From contig CAZVJY010000001.1 in NCBI GenBank assembly GCA_964626685.1, positions 7,683-71,682 of the forward strand: DNA of 64,000 nucleotides. The letters are read 5' to 3'. Numbering within the stretch: the stretch's first letter is position 1; each line of letters starts with the position of its first letter. A program made the translations under genes and the position numbers. Below the pieces are notes generated by a model, which was given only the letters and a program-made list of their open reading frames with translations, was not told the origin of the DNA and ran no database searches. This DNA comes from an uncultured Flavobacteriaceae bacterium (lineage in GTDB: Bacteria; Bacteroidota; Bacteroidia; NS11-12g; UBA955). Of this stretch, positions 9,353 to 19,133 are shown piece by piece.

Positions 9353-11014
9353 TTAGGAAAAGCCCAGCGCGTGCGAACTTTGGTGGTTCCACTTTTCAGA
9401 ATCACAAAGGCGGCAGATGAGATCAAATTCCGGGGTGCGCTGATTCAGCAGAGACTGCACAGCCAGCTTGCGGGCTATATTGTAAATTTCTGCAGCACTC
9501 AGCCTGTAGCGGATTGACAGATGCTCTGCCTCATGCAATTTGAGGGATGGCACCGCCTGTTTCCATAACTTAACCGCCACGGTTGTTTCAGGCAATTCAA
9601 ACTGAATCTTATACAGAAAACGGCGCTCAAATGCATCATCCAGGTTACGGGTCATGTTGGTGGTGGCGATGAGGATCCCATCAAAGTTTTCCAGCGCTTC
9701 CAGCAAAATATTTTGCAGTGCATTGTTCATCTGATCAACGGAAGAATTGACCGCCATGCGGCGCATCAGCAAACCATCGCATTCATTCAGCAGCAGGATG
9801 GGCTCGGGGCTAATGTAATGCAATGCTCGGCCATAGTCATGAAAAAATGATTTAAGGTTCTTTTCAGAATCACCCACCCATTTGCTCATGATGTGCGTTA
9901 CATCCAGCCTAAAAACCGCACGACCTGTTTGTCTTGCCAGTTGCAGTGCCAGCTCTGTCTTGCCTGTTCCCGGGGCTCCGTGAAAAAGAATCGTCAGACC
10001 GCTCATACGTCCTTGTGAAGGCATTTTGCGTTTAAATTCCCTGAATTTACCGGGGCGAATCAGGCGGTGCAAATCGCGTACCTGGCCTTCTACATCCGGA
10101 TTGAACAGCAAGGTTGCCGGCTTTATCTTTTTGGGATCAATGGCGTTTGGTGGCAGCGTTTTGAAGCGCTCCTTCAGGCTTTCTTCCAGTTCTGCCTTAA
10201 CTTCTGGCAGCAATGTCTCAATCCCTTTGGTGGTAAGCTCCAGCTCCATATCATCATTCATGAGGGCGCTGCCCGCGTGCTGCACCATCCCTGCCTTGAT
10301 GGGCCCCCAGGCATTGGATGCAATCTGTTGCTTCAGTGAGGCAAAGCCGGCTCCGGCGCGAACAAACCGTTCTATGTAGCGCAGTTCAAACGGCCGGTTT
10401 TCAATCAGGAAGCGCGCCACAATAGCACACAGCACAAAACGGTGCAGCACATTCAGGCTGCTGCGCATCTTCTTTACCAGTGTCAGGTTTTCATTCACGG
10501 CAAAGAGAAACTCAAGCTCTTCGTGAAGCTCCCGCTCATTTAAAAAATCGTGATCCAGCAGGTTGAAACGAAAATACTCCATCATGCGCATCACGCCGAT
10601 GGGCTTGAGTTCACGTATAAAATTGATATCGTTTTTGCGTGCAGCCGACCATACCGCACGCTGCAGCACAATCTTGGGCTCCGACATCGGATGATCTGCC
10701 TCGGATACCACCCTCAGGCGTTTGAAGCTGTATACCACGTCAAAAGCATCTCCGCGATTGCCCATAAGCCTTTCGGCAAGGTCATACAGGCGGTTTTCCT
10801 CAATGGGTTTAATACGGAACTGATGGTGAAAAATCAAAGCAAACACCACCAGCTCATCGCGGGTCATGTTCAAGGTTTTGGCATATACATCCAGTTCATT
10901 ATCCTGCTTCAAGGATTGGGCATCTGCCTTTCCGGAAACGGTTTTTCGGTATACGGCAGCAAAACAATCTGCCAGGGTGGGGAATTGTTCTAAAATCGGG
11001 TTGTTTGATTTCAT
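9353..11014 (-). CDS. AAA-family ATPase with an uncharacterised ~320-aa N-terminal domain
   Basis: Walker A GAPGTGKT, Walker-B-like LLLNECDGL, sensor-1 ATTNMTRNLD and an arginine finger AFERRF all lie in the C-terminal half. The N-terminal half has no recognisable motif. Confidence 0.75.
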   Translation of the reverse strand: MKSNNPILEQFPTLADCFAAVYRKTVSGKADAQSLKQDNELDVYAKTLNMTRDELVVFALIFHHQFRIKPIEENRLYDLAERLMGNRGDAFDVVYSFKRLRVVSEADHPMSEPKIVLQRAVWSAARKNDINFIRELKPIGVMRMMEYFRFNLLDHDFLNERELHEELEFLFAVNENLTLVKKMRSSLNVLHRFVLCAIVARFLIENRPFELRYIERFVRAGAGFASLKQQIASNAWGPIKAGMVQHAGSALMNDDMELELTTKGIETLLPEVKAELEESLKERFKTLPPNAIDPKKIKPATLLFNPDVEGQVRDLHRLIRPGKFREFKRKMPSQGRMSGLTILFHGAPGTGKTELALQLARQTGRAVFRLDVTHIMSKWVGDSEKNLKSFFHDYGRALHYISPEPILLLNECDGLLMRRMAVNSSVDQMNNALQNILLEALENFDGILIATTNMTRNLDDAFERRFLYKIQFELPETTVAVKLWKQAVPSLKLHEAEHLSIRYRLSAAEIYNIARKLAVQSLLNQRTPEFDLICRLCDSEKWNHQSSHALGFS

Positions 11015-11159
11015 AAGGCAAATTTTTAAGTTGTAATCGCAACCTATTCGCGAAGTGAAAAATGATTACGACCAGATTAATTCATGCTTTTCATTATTAA
11101 TTCACCATGGCAATATTAAAACCTAGCTTTTTTTCTTAGGTAGTCATAAATAACTAAAA

Positions 11160-11480
11160 TTGGGTATCATTGCAGGCATGAGCAACCCACATGAAATAAC
11201 CCTGGCCGAAGCCATCACCATGACCCATGCATACCAAAACGACACCTTGTTTACCGGCCAGACCGTGGCAGCTAAAATTTCTGCCGATGCCTACCGGGAA
11301 ATCATAAACCAGCAAGATTGCGAAGCGGTAAGAACGTACTTTGCCAAAAATGCAACAGGCGAGTTAACCCTGGTGATTGTGGGTGTGGACAGTAATGGCA
11401 ACGATATGACTTCCGGGAAAATTATGAACAGGGCTGTCAATTGCCCTATAATTTGTTCTCAAAATTCTCCGTTGCTTTAA
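11160..11480 (+). CDS. Hypothetical small protein
   Basis: 106-aa ORF with moderate GC. No motif recognised. Confidence 0.3.
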   Translation: MGIIAGMSNPHEITLAEAITMTHAYQNDTLFTGQTVAAKISADAYREIINQQDCEAVRTYFAKNATGELTLVIVGVDSNGNDMTSGKIMNRAVNCPIICSQNSPLL

Positions 11481-12106
11481 TCCAATCCATTTTTTCATTG
11501 ACATACAGCTATTTAGCTCTTTTGTTATTTACCGTTTTTTCAGGGGTAAGGAATCTTTTAAAAAATGGTATGCATCGCTCCACATCTACGGTTCATATGT
11601 ATGTCTATACATGCCTTATTTTTGATTTTTTATTTGCTCAAAAAAACGATCCGAATTTAAATTTTATTTTTAGCGATAATAATGATTCTTCTATTGAGTT
11701 TCTGTACAACATATTCTTCCCAATTTGCCTTTCAATAAGCGTCATTGCGAGATTAACCGACCATTATATTAAATACATTTTTGGCTTTTTAACAGGAATG
11801 GCAGTGTTATTTTCTTTGTTAGACAACATACTTTTTTTTAATATCAACTTTACATTGTGCATGGCCGGCATATTGCTGCTGCTGATTAAAACGGCTAATC
11901 GGAAATCACTTCGACTTGTTAATTTAATTGATATATTAATATTTTTGGGATTATATTATCAATCTTTAATGAATTTAATGATAAATTCAAAAATCAACTG
12001 GCACGAATCCTTGCTGTCAAGTAAGTTAAGTTTTGTTTATTGGCCTTTAATGTACTCAACTTTAATTCTCATCAATGTTAAACTGCGGCGACCTTTTACT
12101 CAGTGA
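11441..12106 (+). CDS. Multi-pass membrane protein, possibly a detached sensor domain of the downstream histidine kinase
   Basis: 221 aa with about six hydrophobic helices in a very AT-rich stretch. It ends in a different frame 32 nt inside the start of the kinase ORF. Confidence 0.4.
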   Translation: MPYNLFSKFSVALIQSIFSLTYSYLALLLFTVFSGVRNLLKNGMHRSTSTVHMYVYTCLIFDFLFAQKNDPNLNFIFSDNNDSSIEFLYNIFFPICLSISVIARLTDHYIKYIFGFLTGMAVLFSLLDNILFFNINFTLCMAGILLLLIKTANRKSLRLVNLIDILIFLGLYYQSLMNLMINSKINWHESLLSSKLSFVYWPLMYSTLILINVKLRRPFTQ

Positions 12107-12842
12107 AATCTTTTTCCTTTTACTGCCCGGTGCAATGATGCTTTCGGGCACGCTGTTGATTTCTTATTTTTACATCAAGAGATATATACGGATTTTCAGA
12201 AGGTATAAAATCCGGGAATTGGAGAAAATTGAAACTGAAAGAAAGCGCATAGCCAACGATTTGCATGATTTTGTAGCGGGCAAATTGCTGAAGATTAAAA
12301 GCGAACTGCATGACAGCCTCAAGAAGTCTGGCGAACCCGTTATGTATAGCCATATTTCGCAGGGAATTTCAGATTTGAACCGGTTTCATGATGACCTGAG
12401 ATACCTGGTGGAATACATTTACCCAAAGGAACTTATGTCGGGCAATATCAAACAGGGGTTTTTGAGGCTGGCCTCTGACATGAGCACATCTGCCACCGAA
12501 ATCATCATGGATATTGAATTTGAAAACCAGCATTCACAAGAGAGCATGCACCAGCTGTACAGGCTCATGCAGGAGAAAATATCCAATATTGCATCGCATG
12601 CAAAACCACCCAAAATCTTCATAGGCCTGTTTGAAAATACCGATGATAAAGAGGTTTTGATTTCCATCTCATATCAAAACGAGACTGAGGGCAAAAGCAG
12701 AACCCGAAAAACCCCAAGGGAGGGCCGTGGGGTATCCACCATTCGGGAAAGATTGAATCTTCTCAAAGCCCGCGTTCAAACAGAATACAAGGATGGTTTT
12801 TACAAAGAAAGCATTATCTTCCCGATTCATAGGAATAAATGA
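12075..12842 (+). CDS. Sensor histidine kinase core, NarL/LuxR-type (HisKA_3 plus HATPase)
   Basis: H-box ERKRIANDLHDFVAGKLLKI is the HisKA_3 signature. One N-terminal TM helix, and a C-terminal ATPase region with a glycine-rich REGRGVSTIRERL segment. Confidence 0.65.
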   Translation: MLNCGDLLLSEIFFLLLPGAMMLSGTLLISYFYIKRYIRIFRRYKIRELEKIETERKRIANDLHDFVAGKLLKIKSELHDSLKKSGEPVMYSHISQGISDLNRFHDDLRYLVEYIYPKELMSGNIKQGFLRLASDMSTSATEIIMDIEFENQHSQESMHQLYRLMQEKISNIASHAKPPKIFIGLFENTDDKEVLISISYQNETEGKSRTRKTPREGRGVSTIRERLNLLKARVQTEYKDGFYKESIIFPIHRNK

Positions 12843-13456
12843 AAATACTCATTCTGGAAGACCACCCCGGCATTGCGCACTTGCTGGAAATGATTATCAG
12901 GGAAATTGCAAATAACATAGAAATAGAATTTTTTACTGCATGGGAAACTGCACTGGAAAGCATAAACCGGGCCTCACCCGATTTTGTTATTACCGACATA
13001 CAGATAGGCGATTACAAACAGCTGGAGCTGCCGGAAGCATGCCATAAAAAGAAAATTCCGTTCATGGTTTTTACCGGTTTCATTAATCCTACTATTATTG
13101 ACCATTGCGATCAATTCAAGGCCAGGGTGGTTGTCTCCAAGTCTTCAGACATGGAGGACCTGAAGCAGGGAGTGAAAAGCCTGATAAACAACCTTTATTT
13201 CCGCTGTTCTGTTTGCAGCGATATTTCCCATTCAAAAAGCCGTATCTCCGAAGAAACCCCTAGGTTACTGTTTAGCCCTTCCGAAGAATTTGTTATCCTG
13301 GCTCAGATTGAGGGAAAATCTACAGTGCAACTATCTCAGGAGACCAAAAAATCAAAATATACCATACGGAATCAACGCATGAAACTGATGGAGAAAAACG
13401 CCTGCACAATGGAAGAAATTGCGCGCAGGTATTTGTTCTGGTACACCAAAGGCTGA
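12839..13456 (+). CDS. Response regulator with a receiver domain and a LuxR/NarL-type HTH
   Basis: MKILILEDHP...ITDIQIGD is a receiver domain carrying the phospho-acceptor Asp. The C-terminal TVQLSQETKKSKYTIRNQRMKLMEK matches a LuxR-family HTH. It overlaps the kinase stop by 4 bp. Confidence 0.7.
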   Translation: MKILILEDHPGIAHLLEMIIREIANNIEIEFFTAWETALESINRASPDFVITDIQIGDYKQLELPEACHKKKIPFMVFTGFINPTIIDHCDQFKARVVVSKSSDMEDLKQGVKSLINNLYFRCSVCSDISHSKSRISEETPRLLFSPSEEFVILAQIEGKSTVQLSQETKKSKYTIRNQRMKLMEKNACTMEEIARRYLFWYTKG

Positions 13457-13667
13457 AAATCAAGTAAGCGTCAGGCTGTCGCTGCAGTTGCGCCACGCGC
13501 TTAAATCAATGTGAGCGCGTGCACGCACATGCACAATTAATATAAGCCAATTTTTAAAAACCGCTTGTTTTTGTCAAGGTTGACAGAATGGAGCCCGGCA
13601 TCCTGAACCGCTGAATATTTGTGCTCAATTCAAATTTTTTATTCACCTTTTAAACATCCAAAACACC

Positions 13668-14303
13668 ATGACAAATGCTCAAAACACCCAGATTGCAAAC
13701 GCCGTAAACCTTTTTATCATCGACGAAAGCGGCTCGATGGCATCCATGACCCAAAGCACCAAAGAAACCTTTATCGGCTTGCTCGAAAAAATCAAAATGG
13801 AACAGACCGATTTGCCTGAACTGCAGCAGTATGTGAATCTGTGGACTTTTGCCGACAACCGCTTCAACGAACGTCTGATTTTTCAGGAGGTGCAGCGCTG
13901 GAACGGAGAAGCACCGCAATACAGGCCCATGGGTGGAACACCCCTGAACGATGCCATAGGCGGCGCACTGAAAAAACTGGAAAACTACCTATTTGTAAAG
14001 AACCTGTCAGCAGAAAACACCCGCATAAGTGTATTTATTCTCACCGATGGAGAAGAGAACAGCAGCCGGGAATGGACCATATCCGGCATTCGGCAGTACA
14101 TCACAGAGTGTGAAGCAAAAGGCTGGGAGTTTACCTATTACGGTGCAGACCATGATGTGTGGCGCGCAGCTGAGGAGCTGAATATCAAAAATTACCGCAA
14201 TTTCAGCAAGAGCAGTGCCGGTATGAAAACGATGATGGACGACTACAACAATGAAGCCTACAACGGGAAAATGGCTTTCCTGAGCCGGTTCAAAAAACCT
14301 TGA
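13668..14303 (+). CDS. Stand-alone von Willebrand factor type A (vWA) domain protein
   Basis: MIDAS motif elements IIDESGSM (DxSxS), GGTPLNDAIG (Thr) and ILTDGEEN (Asp). 211 aa with no signal peptide. Confidence 0.65.
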   Translation: MTNAQNTQIANAVNLFIIDESGSMASMTQSTKETFIGLLEKIKMEQTDLPELQQYVNLWTFADNRFNERLIFQEVQRWNGEAPQYRPMGGTPLNDAIGGALKKLENYLFVKNLSAENTRISVFILTDGEENSSREWTISGIRQYITECEAKGWEFTYYGADHDVWRAAEELNIKNYRNFSKSSAGMKTMMDDYNNEAYNGKMAFLSRFKKP

Positions 14304-15566
14304 TTAACCCGGTAACATGAATTTCCTATCGCAGGCAATGCGATAGGGCTGGTTCCGCCCCCCGGAAATGATGTATGGCTTAATGTTCCATTCGCTCATC
14401 CGGGAGCGGAACCTTGCTTTTATTCGGGAAATCGCCTGATTCATGCTTCCGTTGTCTTTCGACAAAATAAACATAGGCTCAAGAACCGCATTGATTTGGG
14501 TATCATCATTACCGGTCACATTGCGGTATAAAACACGCATCTCATCAAGGTAGCGCTGACGCTCACTGAGCCGAAAACCCTTGGGATGATTATAAAACAG
14601 CCGATACAGGGCAAAATCCAGTTTTTTAAGGGGTATGACAATATCCAGTTCCGGAAAATCCACACTGTTATTAAACGGATTGATGCGCAAACGATGGGGC
14701 TCTTCACGGTCCTGTCCGATAATATTCGCAAGGTATGGTGCCATTCGGTATGCCTCATTTGGCATTTCGTAATAAACTTCCTGCAGCAATCCGCGTATGA
14801 TTTTGAAGAAACCCTTCTCTGTTTCAGTTTGCTGAAGCGCCTGCAAGGTGTTTAGCACATCCTGATCCTGGAGCAAAGCCTGCCTGTCCCATTGTTCAAA
14901 ATCGGGATCCTCTTCCTGCTGCTGTTTAAATTGCAGCCCAAACAGCTGTAATAGTTTTAGTCTGGTACCGGAAGATTTAGCATTATAGGACTCCTCCGCC
15001 GACTCATTCATACTGTAGCTAACGGCTAAATTCCGCTCATTGTAAATCCATGGAAAAATGCCGGTATGGGAAACATGAATCATCAGATTGGTCATGTTTA
15101 CCTCTGACTGAAATTCAGATTCATTGCAACACCAGGCCCCGTCATGCCCAAAATACAGCAAATAATGTTCTTGGTTGGCCGGAATATTCAGTTTACGCAG
15201 TATTAGAAGCCCGGCCATTTTTAAATCAACCCCACGCAACAGCTCACCCACCAGAATACCCTGTTTGCGTCGGTGGAGGTTTTTCAAACCGGGAAAATGG
15301 TAGGTCCAGTAATCCTCATCAGACCTGGATAGATCCAATGTATCGTTTTCCAGATCGGGGGGAAATGCCAGCGAAAGGCCGCGTTGTTCTAACTGCTCGC
15401 AAAGTGAGAAACGCCTGTTGGCAGGCAACCGACCAGTTGATTCTGCACTTAGGTTGATGTAGACAAAGCTGTCGGGGGGGAATAAAAAGTTGAGCCTATC
15501 AGAAACATTTTTAAAGACGCGGCTGGGTATCATGAGAACGTATTTTCCCAAAAATACAATCACCAT
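14304..15566 (-). CDS. Hypothetical protein, 420 aa
   Basis: Long ORF convergent with the vWA gene. Acidic and Gln-rich linker regions; no recognisable motif. Confidence 0.45.
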   Translation of the reverse strand: MVIVFLGKYVLMIPSRVFKNVSDRLNFLFPPDSFVYINLSAESTGRLPANRRFSLCEQLEQRGLSLAFPPDLENDTLDLSRSDEDYWTYHFPGLKNLHRRKQGILVGELLRGVDLKMAGLLILRKLNIPANQEHYLLYFGHDGAWCCNESEFQSEVNMTNLMIHVSHTGIFPWIYNERNLAVSYSMNESAEESYNAKSSGTRLKLLQLFGLQFKQQQEEDPDFEQWDRQALLQDQDVLNTLQALQQTETEKGFFKIIRGLLQEVYYEMPNEAYRMAPYLANIIGQDREEPHRLRINPFNNSVDFPELDIVIPLKKLDFALYRLFYNHPKGFRLSERQRYLDEMRVLYRNVTGNDDTQINAVLEPMFILSKDNGSMNQAISRIKARFRSRMSEWNIKPYIISGGRNQPYRIACDRKFMLPG

Positions 15567-15758
15567 TGTTAAAAACCATAGGGATAACCCTAAAAAATAG
15601 CATGATCCACAATTTAAATATGGCCATTGAAATCATTTAGCTTATTATGACAGCTCAAACAAAGGCAATAATGGCGAGCTATGGCAAAAAATACCATAAC
15701 CGTTTTAAGATTAAAGTAAATGGACAAGTATAGCCCACAAGACAAAAATGTATCTGTC

Positions 15759-16244
15759 TCAGGGATTGGGATTGGTACAGTCGCATTTGCTGTAATCTCT
15801 CATGAGCCTTACTGCTCCTGATTCCATAATGGGGGTAACCGATACTATTTTGCGTTTTAAATCAGGAATAACAAGCAATACGTAATAGTGCTGTCTGGGC
15901 TCTGCATTTATACTCAAAGACGCTTCTCTCATTTCCTCACCGGCCCTCAAAGATTTATTAAGTACTGCAAAAACAGTGTGCTCGCCCTGATTAAGCGCGA
16001 ATGTTGTATAACCTGCATCGGGGATGATACACGTTTTTTTACCGTTGATGTACAATTTCGGTTTTTGAACTTTCGATTTTGGATCCGCATTGCGAATTAT
16101 GGTAATAAGTGCTGCGTTATCTGACTGCTGCGCCATCGATGATTCCGGATAAATAATGAGCAGTAGCAACGCAGTTATTACCCATGATTTTATGGTGAAA
16201 TAAAATGAAAACATAATTTTGACTGGGTTCAAAAAAACAACCAC
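15759..16244 (-). CDS. Hypothetical secreted protein
   Basis: 161 aa. An N-terminal hydrophobic signal is followed by an AQQ cleavage-like site. Confidence 0.4.
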   Translation of the reverse strand: MVVFLNPVKIMFSFYFTIKSWVITALLLLIIYPESSMAQQSDNAALITIIRNADPKSKVQKPKLYINGKKTCIIPDAGYTTFALNQGEHTVFAVLNKSLRAGEEMREASLSINAEPRQHYYVLLVIPDLKRKIVSVTPIMESGAVRLMRDYSKCDCTNPNP

Positions 16245-16329
16245 CTACATACACAACTTATGGACTAAAGTCATATTAGGCAGAAGCCATGATCATGCCT
16301 TTTACATTATAAAAAGCCTGAAAAAGCTA

Positions 16330-18342
16330 TTATTGCCTGCTTCGGGCATAAAAGCGGTGCATAGCCCAAACGTGTGGTAAACTCAGGCAAGCCAAGAAAA
16401 CAAAGAAAACTGAAATCCAATGATTATTTAACCATGGCAATACACCTTTATAAACAAGCAAAAACAACAACATGAGCAACAGCAACGCACCCATTGTGAA
16501 TGGAAGTGCCTTACGAAACAAGGTTATACCTGCTGCCCCCATCCCTTTTTGCAAATGCGACCAACCGTTCAGGCTGTGCTGACCTATAAAATACAGCCCA
16601 AAAGCAGAAAGCAAGGGCAACTGTATGCCTATTACGAGCATTAGCAGACTCCAAATAACATTAGGCTTTTTCTCAAACAATGCCCAAATAAGTGTTGCCA
16701 AAATCAATACATATACTAAATTCCCTACAGGAATAGTCCCAGCAATAGCCACGCCCATTCCTTCAATCACAGCCATTGCTTCCACGGGGTGCGAAAACAG
16801 GATGATGCCAAGTATACCCGTCCCCCATAAAAACGACTTCAGGTGGCGGTATTGGCTAATTTGCCACTCCTGAATATCCGACTGTCCGAAATGAAAAGCG
16901 GAATACCCTAGAAACAAAGCCATTGCAATTACAGGCTGCAGCCACCAAAGCAGGAGATACAGCAACATAATTCCCAGGTATTTTGCAATAAATACTGGTT
17001 CAGGTCTTCCCTCTACCCTCCGCGTCTCCAGTAAATAATCCAGTGCGCCATGGGGAATTCCTACAATAAACAGCCCTACCGAAAGCAAAGCCCACTGCAG
17101 TGGAACAAAAACAGCAGGAAACAAGGCATAAGCAAACCACAGCAACAGAGACAGCAACGTTAGCATGATAGGCTTTGAAATGGCTGGCGGATTGTATCTG
17201 AGATCTTGTCTAAGAGCACCTAAAAAAGGGCGAAACGGCAAGCTCAGCAGGATACCCGCATCCTGAAAAAAGGAGGTTTTCTCATCCAGAAACTGAAGGA
17301 TTCGCGGGGTGCTGTTTCTTCTGAATAATTGCTGGAATATAGGCTTACCCCTGCTTGGGCTTGTAGCGAGAATCCAAAGTAGCAGGCGATCATAGAATTT
17401 GAAGCGCACAGCATTAAAGTCAGTAGTAAAAAACTGTTTGTCCTTTAACTGTGTGGTTATTTCAACGGCCTGCCTGTGCATGTTTTTAAACGCATATCCT
17501 GTTCCGGGCTTAATCGCGCCTGCCCTGCTTCCCAGTCGGACCACCCCTTGCAATTCCTTGACTTCAAGCAGAGCAGAACACATGGGAATGCAACCGGTCT
17601 CTGTTTCCAGAATCTGTGCATTTCCAAAATGCTGCTGTATATAATTCTCCAGCACCGGCGCAGCTTCCTGTTCGGTTATCTTATTTACCCCAAAACGGGT
17701 AAGCTCCACGAGCGCTTTTCTTTCAGATAAGGGAAGCACATACATAAACTGGGTGGCACCCTGTTGTTCAACACCAAAATCCATCATATCCATGGAATCA
17801 GTATTCTCAATGGGGTGCTCAGGTTCAATCATGTATCCGATAAATGATTGAAACAGGCTGCTTTCATTGGGTTTTGGAGCCGAAAAACCGGCAGGCCTGC
17901 TATCGAATACACGGGATGCTATATAGGAGCCGATACCGGTAAACACTACCACACCCGAATCGTCCGTGGCAATGGATGTAACCGCGGCTTTGACCAGCTC
18001 TATGCCATTGCGCGCGGCCAGGGATTGCATGGCATCCTGCATTTGCATCCCTGATATGTAATGGTACTGAAGGGGTTTAAGCGGTGTTTCAGCGCCTCTG
18101 TCGATACGCAGATGATTCCATGTTTTTTGAATTAGCCCTTGACAATCCTGCACAATATCGTCTTCGGGATTTGCCCAGAAACAAAAAGTTTTGTGGCTCA
18201 ATGATTCGAAATCAGTATCCACAAGCACCACTTTCTTTCCGGCGAGTAAACCTGCCTTTTCCATCCGCATAAGCAGCAGTGTGGCAGAAGCACCGGCACC
18301 GGCGAAGAGATAATCACAGTTTATGTGGCTTTTTTTCATCAT
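16330..18342 (-). CDS. Fusion protein: lycopene beta-cyclase (CrtY family, N-terminal ~380 aa) plus a Brp/Blh-family beta-carotene 15,15'-dioxygenase membrane domain (C-terminal ~290 aa)
   Basis: The N-terminus DYLFAGAGASATLLLMRMEKAG is the FAD-binding fold of CrtY, and FMYVLPLSERKALVELTRFG resembles the CrtY FVYxLPLS region. The C-terminal half has more than 7 TM helices with conserved His/Asp (GIPHGALDYLLE, HFGQSD, HPVEA) as in Blh. It lies 65 bp downstream of the rhodopsin gene on the same strand. Confidence 0.7.
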   Translation of the reverse strand: MMKKSHINCDYLFAGAGASATLLLMRMEKAGLLAGKKVVLVDTDFESLSHKTFCFWANPEDDIVQDCQGLIQKTWNHLRIDRGAETPLKPLQYHYISGMQMQDAMQSLAARNGIELVKAAVTSIATDDSGVVVFTGIGSYIASRVFDSRPAGFSAPKPNESSLFQSFIGYMIEPEHPIENTDSMDMMDFGVEQQGATQFMYVLPLSERKALVELTRFGVNKITEQEAAPVLENYIQQHFGNAQILETETGCIPMCSALLEVKELQGVVRLGSRAGAIKPGTGYAFKNMHRQAVEITTQLKDKQFFTTDFNAVRFKFYDRLLLWILATSPSRGKPIFQQLFRRNSTPRILQFLDEKTSFFQDAGILLSLPFRPFLGALRQDLRYNPPAISKPIMLTLLSLLLWFAYALFPAVFVPLQWALLSVGLFIVGIPHGALDYLLETRRVEGRPEPVFIAKYLGIMLLYLLLWWLQPVIAMALFLGYSAFHFGQSDIQEWQISQYRHLKSFLWGTGILGIILFSHPVEAMAVIEGMGVAIAGTIPVGNLVYVLILATLIWALFEKKPNVIWSLLMLVIGIQLPLLSAFGLYFIGQHSLNGWSHLQKGMGAAGITLFRKALPFTMGALLLLMLLFLLVYKGVLPWLNNHWISVFFVFLACLSLPHVWAMHRFYARSRQ

Positions 18343-18407
18343 TTTGAGCTTAAAAAAAGGGGTTCATGATTGCATCAGAACCCCTTTTTCGTAATGAGTG
18401 TATTGAA

Positions 18408-19133
18408 TTAGTCTTCGCTTCTGCTCAGGGCATATACAACCAGACCAAATCCGATTTTGTTAACGGCATCACCAATGTTGTAGATGATGTCCATGTTCAG
18501 GTTCCAGTTCTTGCAGAACTCATACCACTGACCATCGGCAGTACCTACCAGGTAACCCAAGGGATAAATACCCCATCCGATAACAACAAATTTCAACAAA
18601 GAATCAATGGCTTTCTGCACAGCAGGGCTGCTGGCTTTGGACAGCTGGGCAACTTCGCCTTTCCATACCATCCAAACAATCCAGAAATAAGCCAGACCTG
18701 AAACCAGACCCCAGAAGGCAGCCTGATTGCGGGCAACTGCTTCACCCCAGTAGCCAGTAACCAGCATGATTACAGAGGCGAGGATGAGTTTCCACAACAG
18801 ACCTACTTTGGCACCCGCCTTTTTAGTAATGAGGTAGAATTCTACGCACATCAAAGGCACAGTCAGCAACCAGTCCACATAGCGAAAGAATACGGGAGAT
18901 TCTCCACCGGTTTCGAGGTTGTAGCCACGCATGTAGTAGTAGTGCACAGCTGCAATGAAGGTAATAATACCGGAAACAAGAACAGAAGTTCTCCAGTCTT
19001 TTGAGGTGTTACCCAATTCAAAGAAGAAGAACACAGAAGCGGCCATCATGGCCATGGTGCCGATGAAAAACGTAAATGCTACGTAGTTGTCGGCTGCGAT
19101 GACGTTAGACGTCAATAGGTTGAAATGTTCCAT
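18408..19133 (-). CDS. Proteorhodopsin-type microbial rhodopsin, predicted light-driven proton pump (DTE motif)
   Basis: Seven TM helices. Helix C RYVDWLLTVPLMCVEFYLI carries the D/T/E proton acceptor and donor positions, and helix G IIYNIGDAVNKIGFGLVVY carries the retinal Schiff-base Lys and counter-ion Asp. Met at the PR-105 tuning position suggests green absorption as in flavobacterial PRs. The start was set at MEHFNLL. Confidence 0.85.
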   Translation of the reverse strand: MEHFNLLTSNVIAADNYVAFTFFIGTMAMMAASVFFFFELGNTSKDWRTSVLVSGIITFIAAVHYYYMRGYNLETGGESPVFFRYVDWLLTVPLMCVEFYLITKKAGAKVGLLWKLILASVIMLVTGYWGEAVARNQAAFWGLVSGLAYFWIVWMVWKGEVAQLSKASSPAVQKAIDSLLKFVVIGWGIYPLGYLVGTADGQWYEFCKNWNLNMDIIYNIGDAVNKIGFGLVVYALSRSED

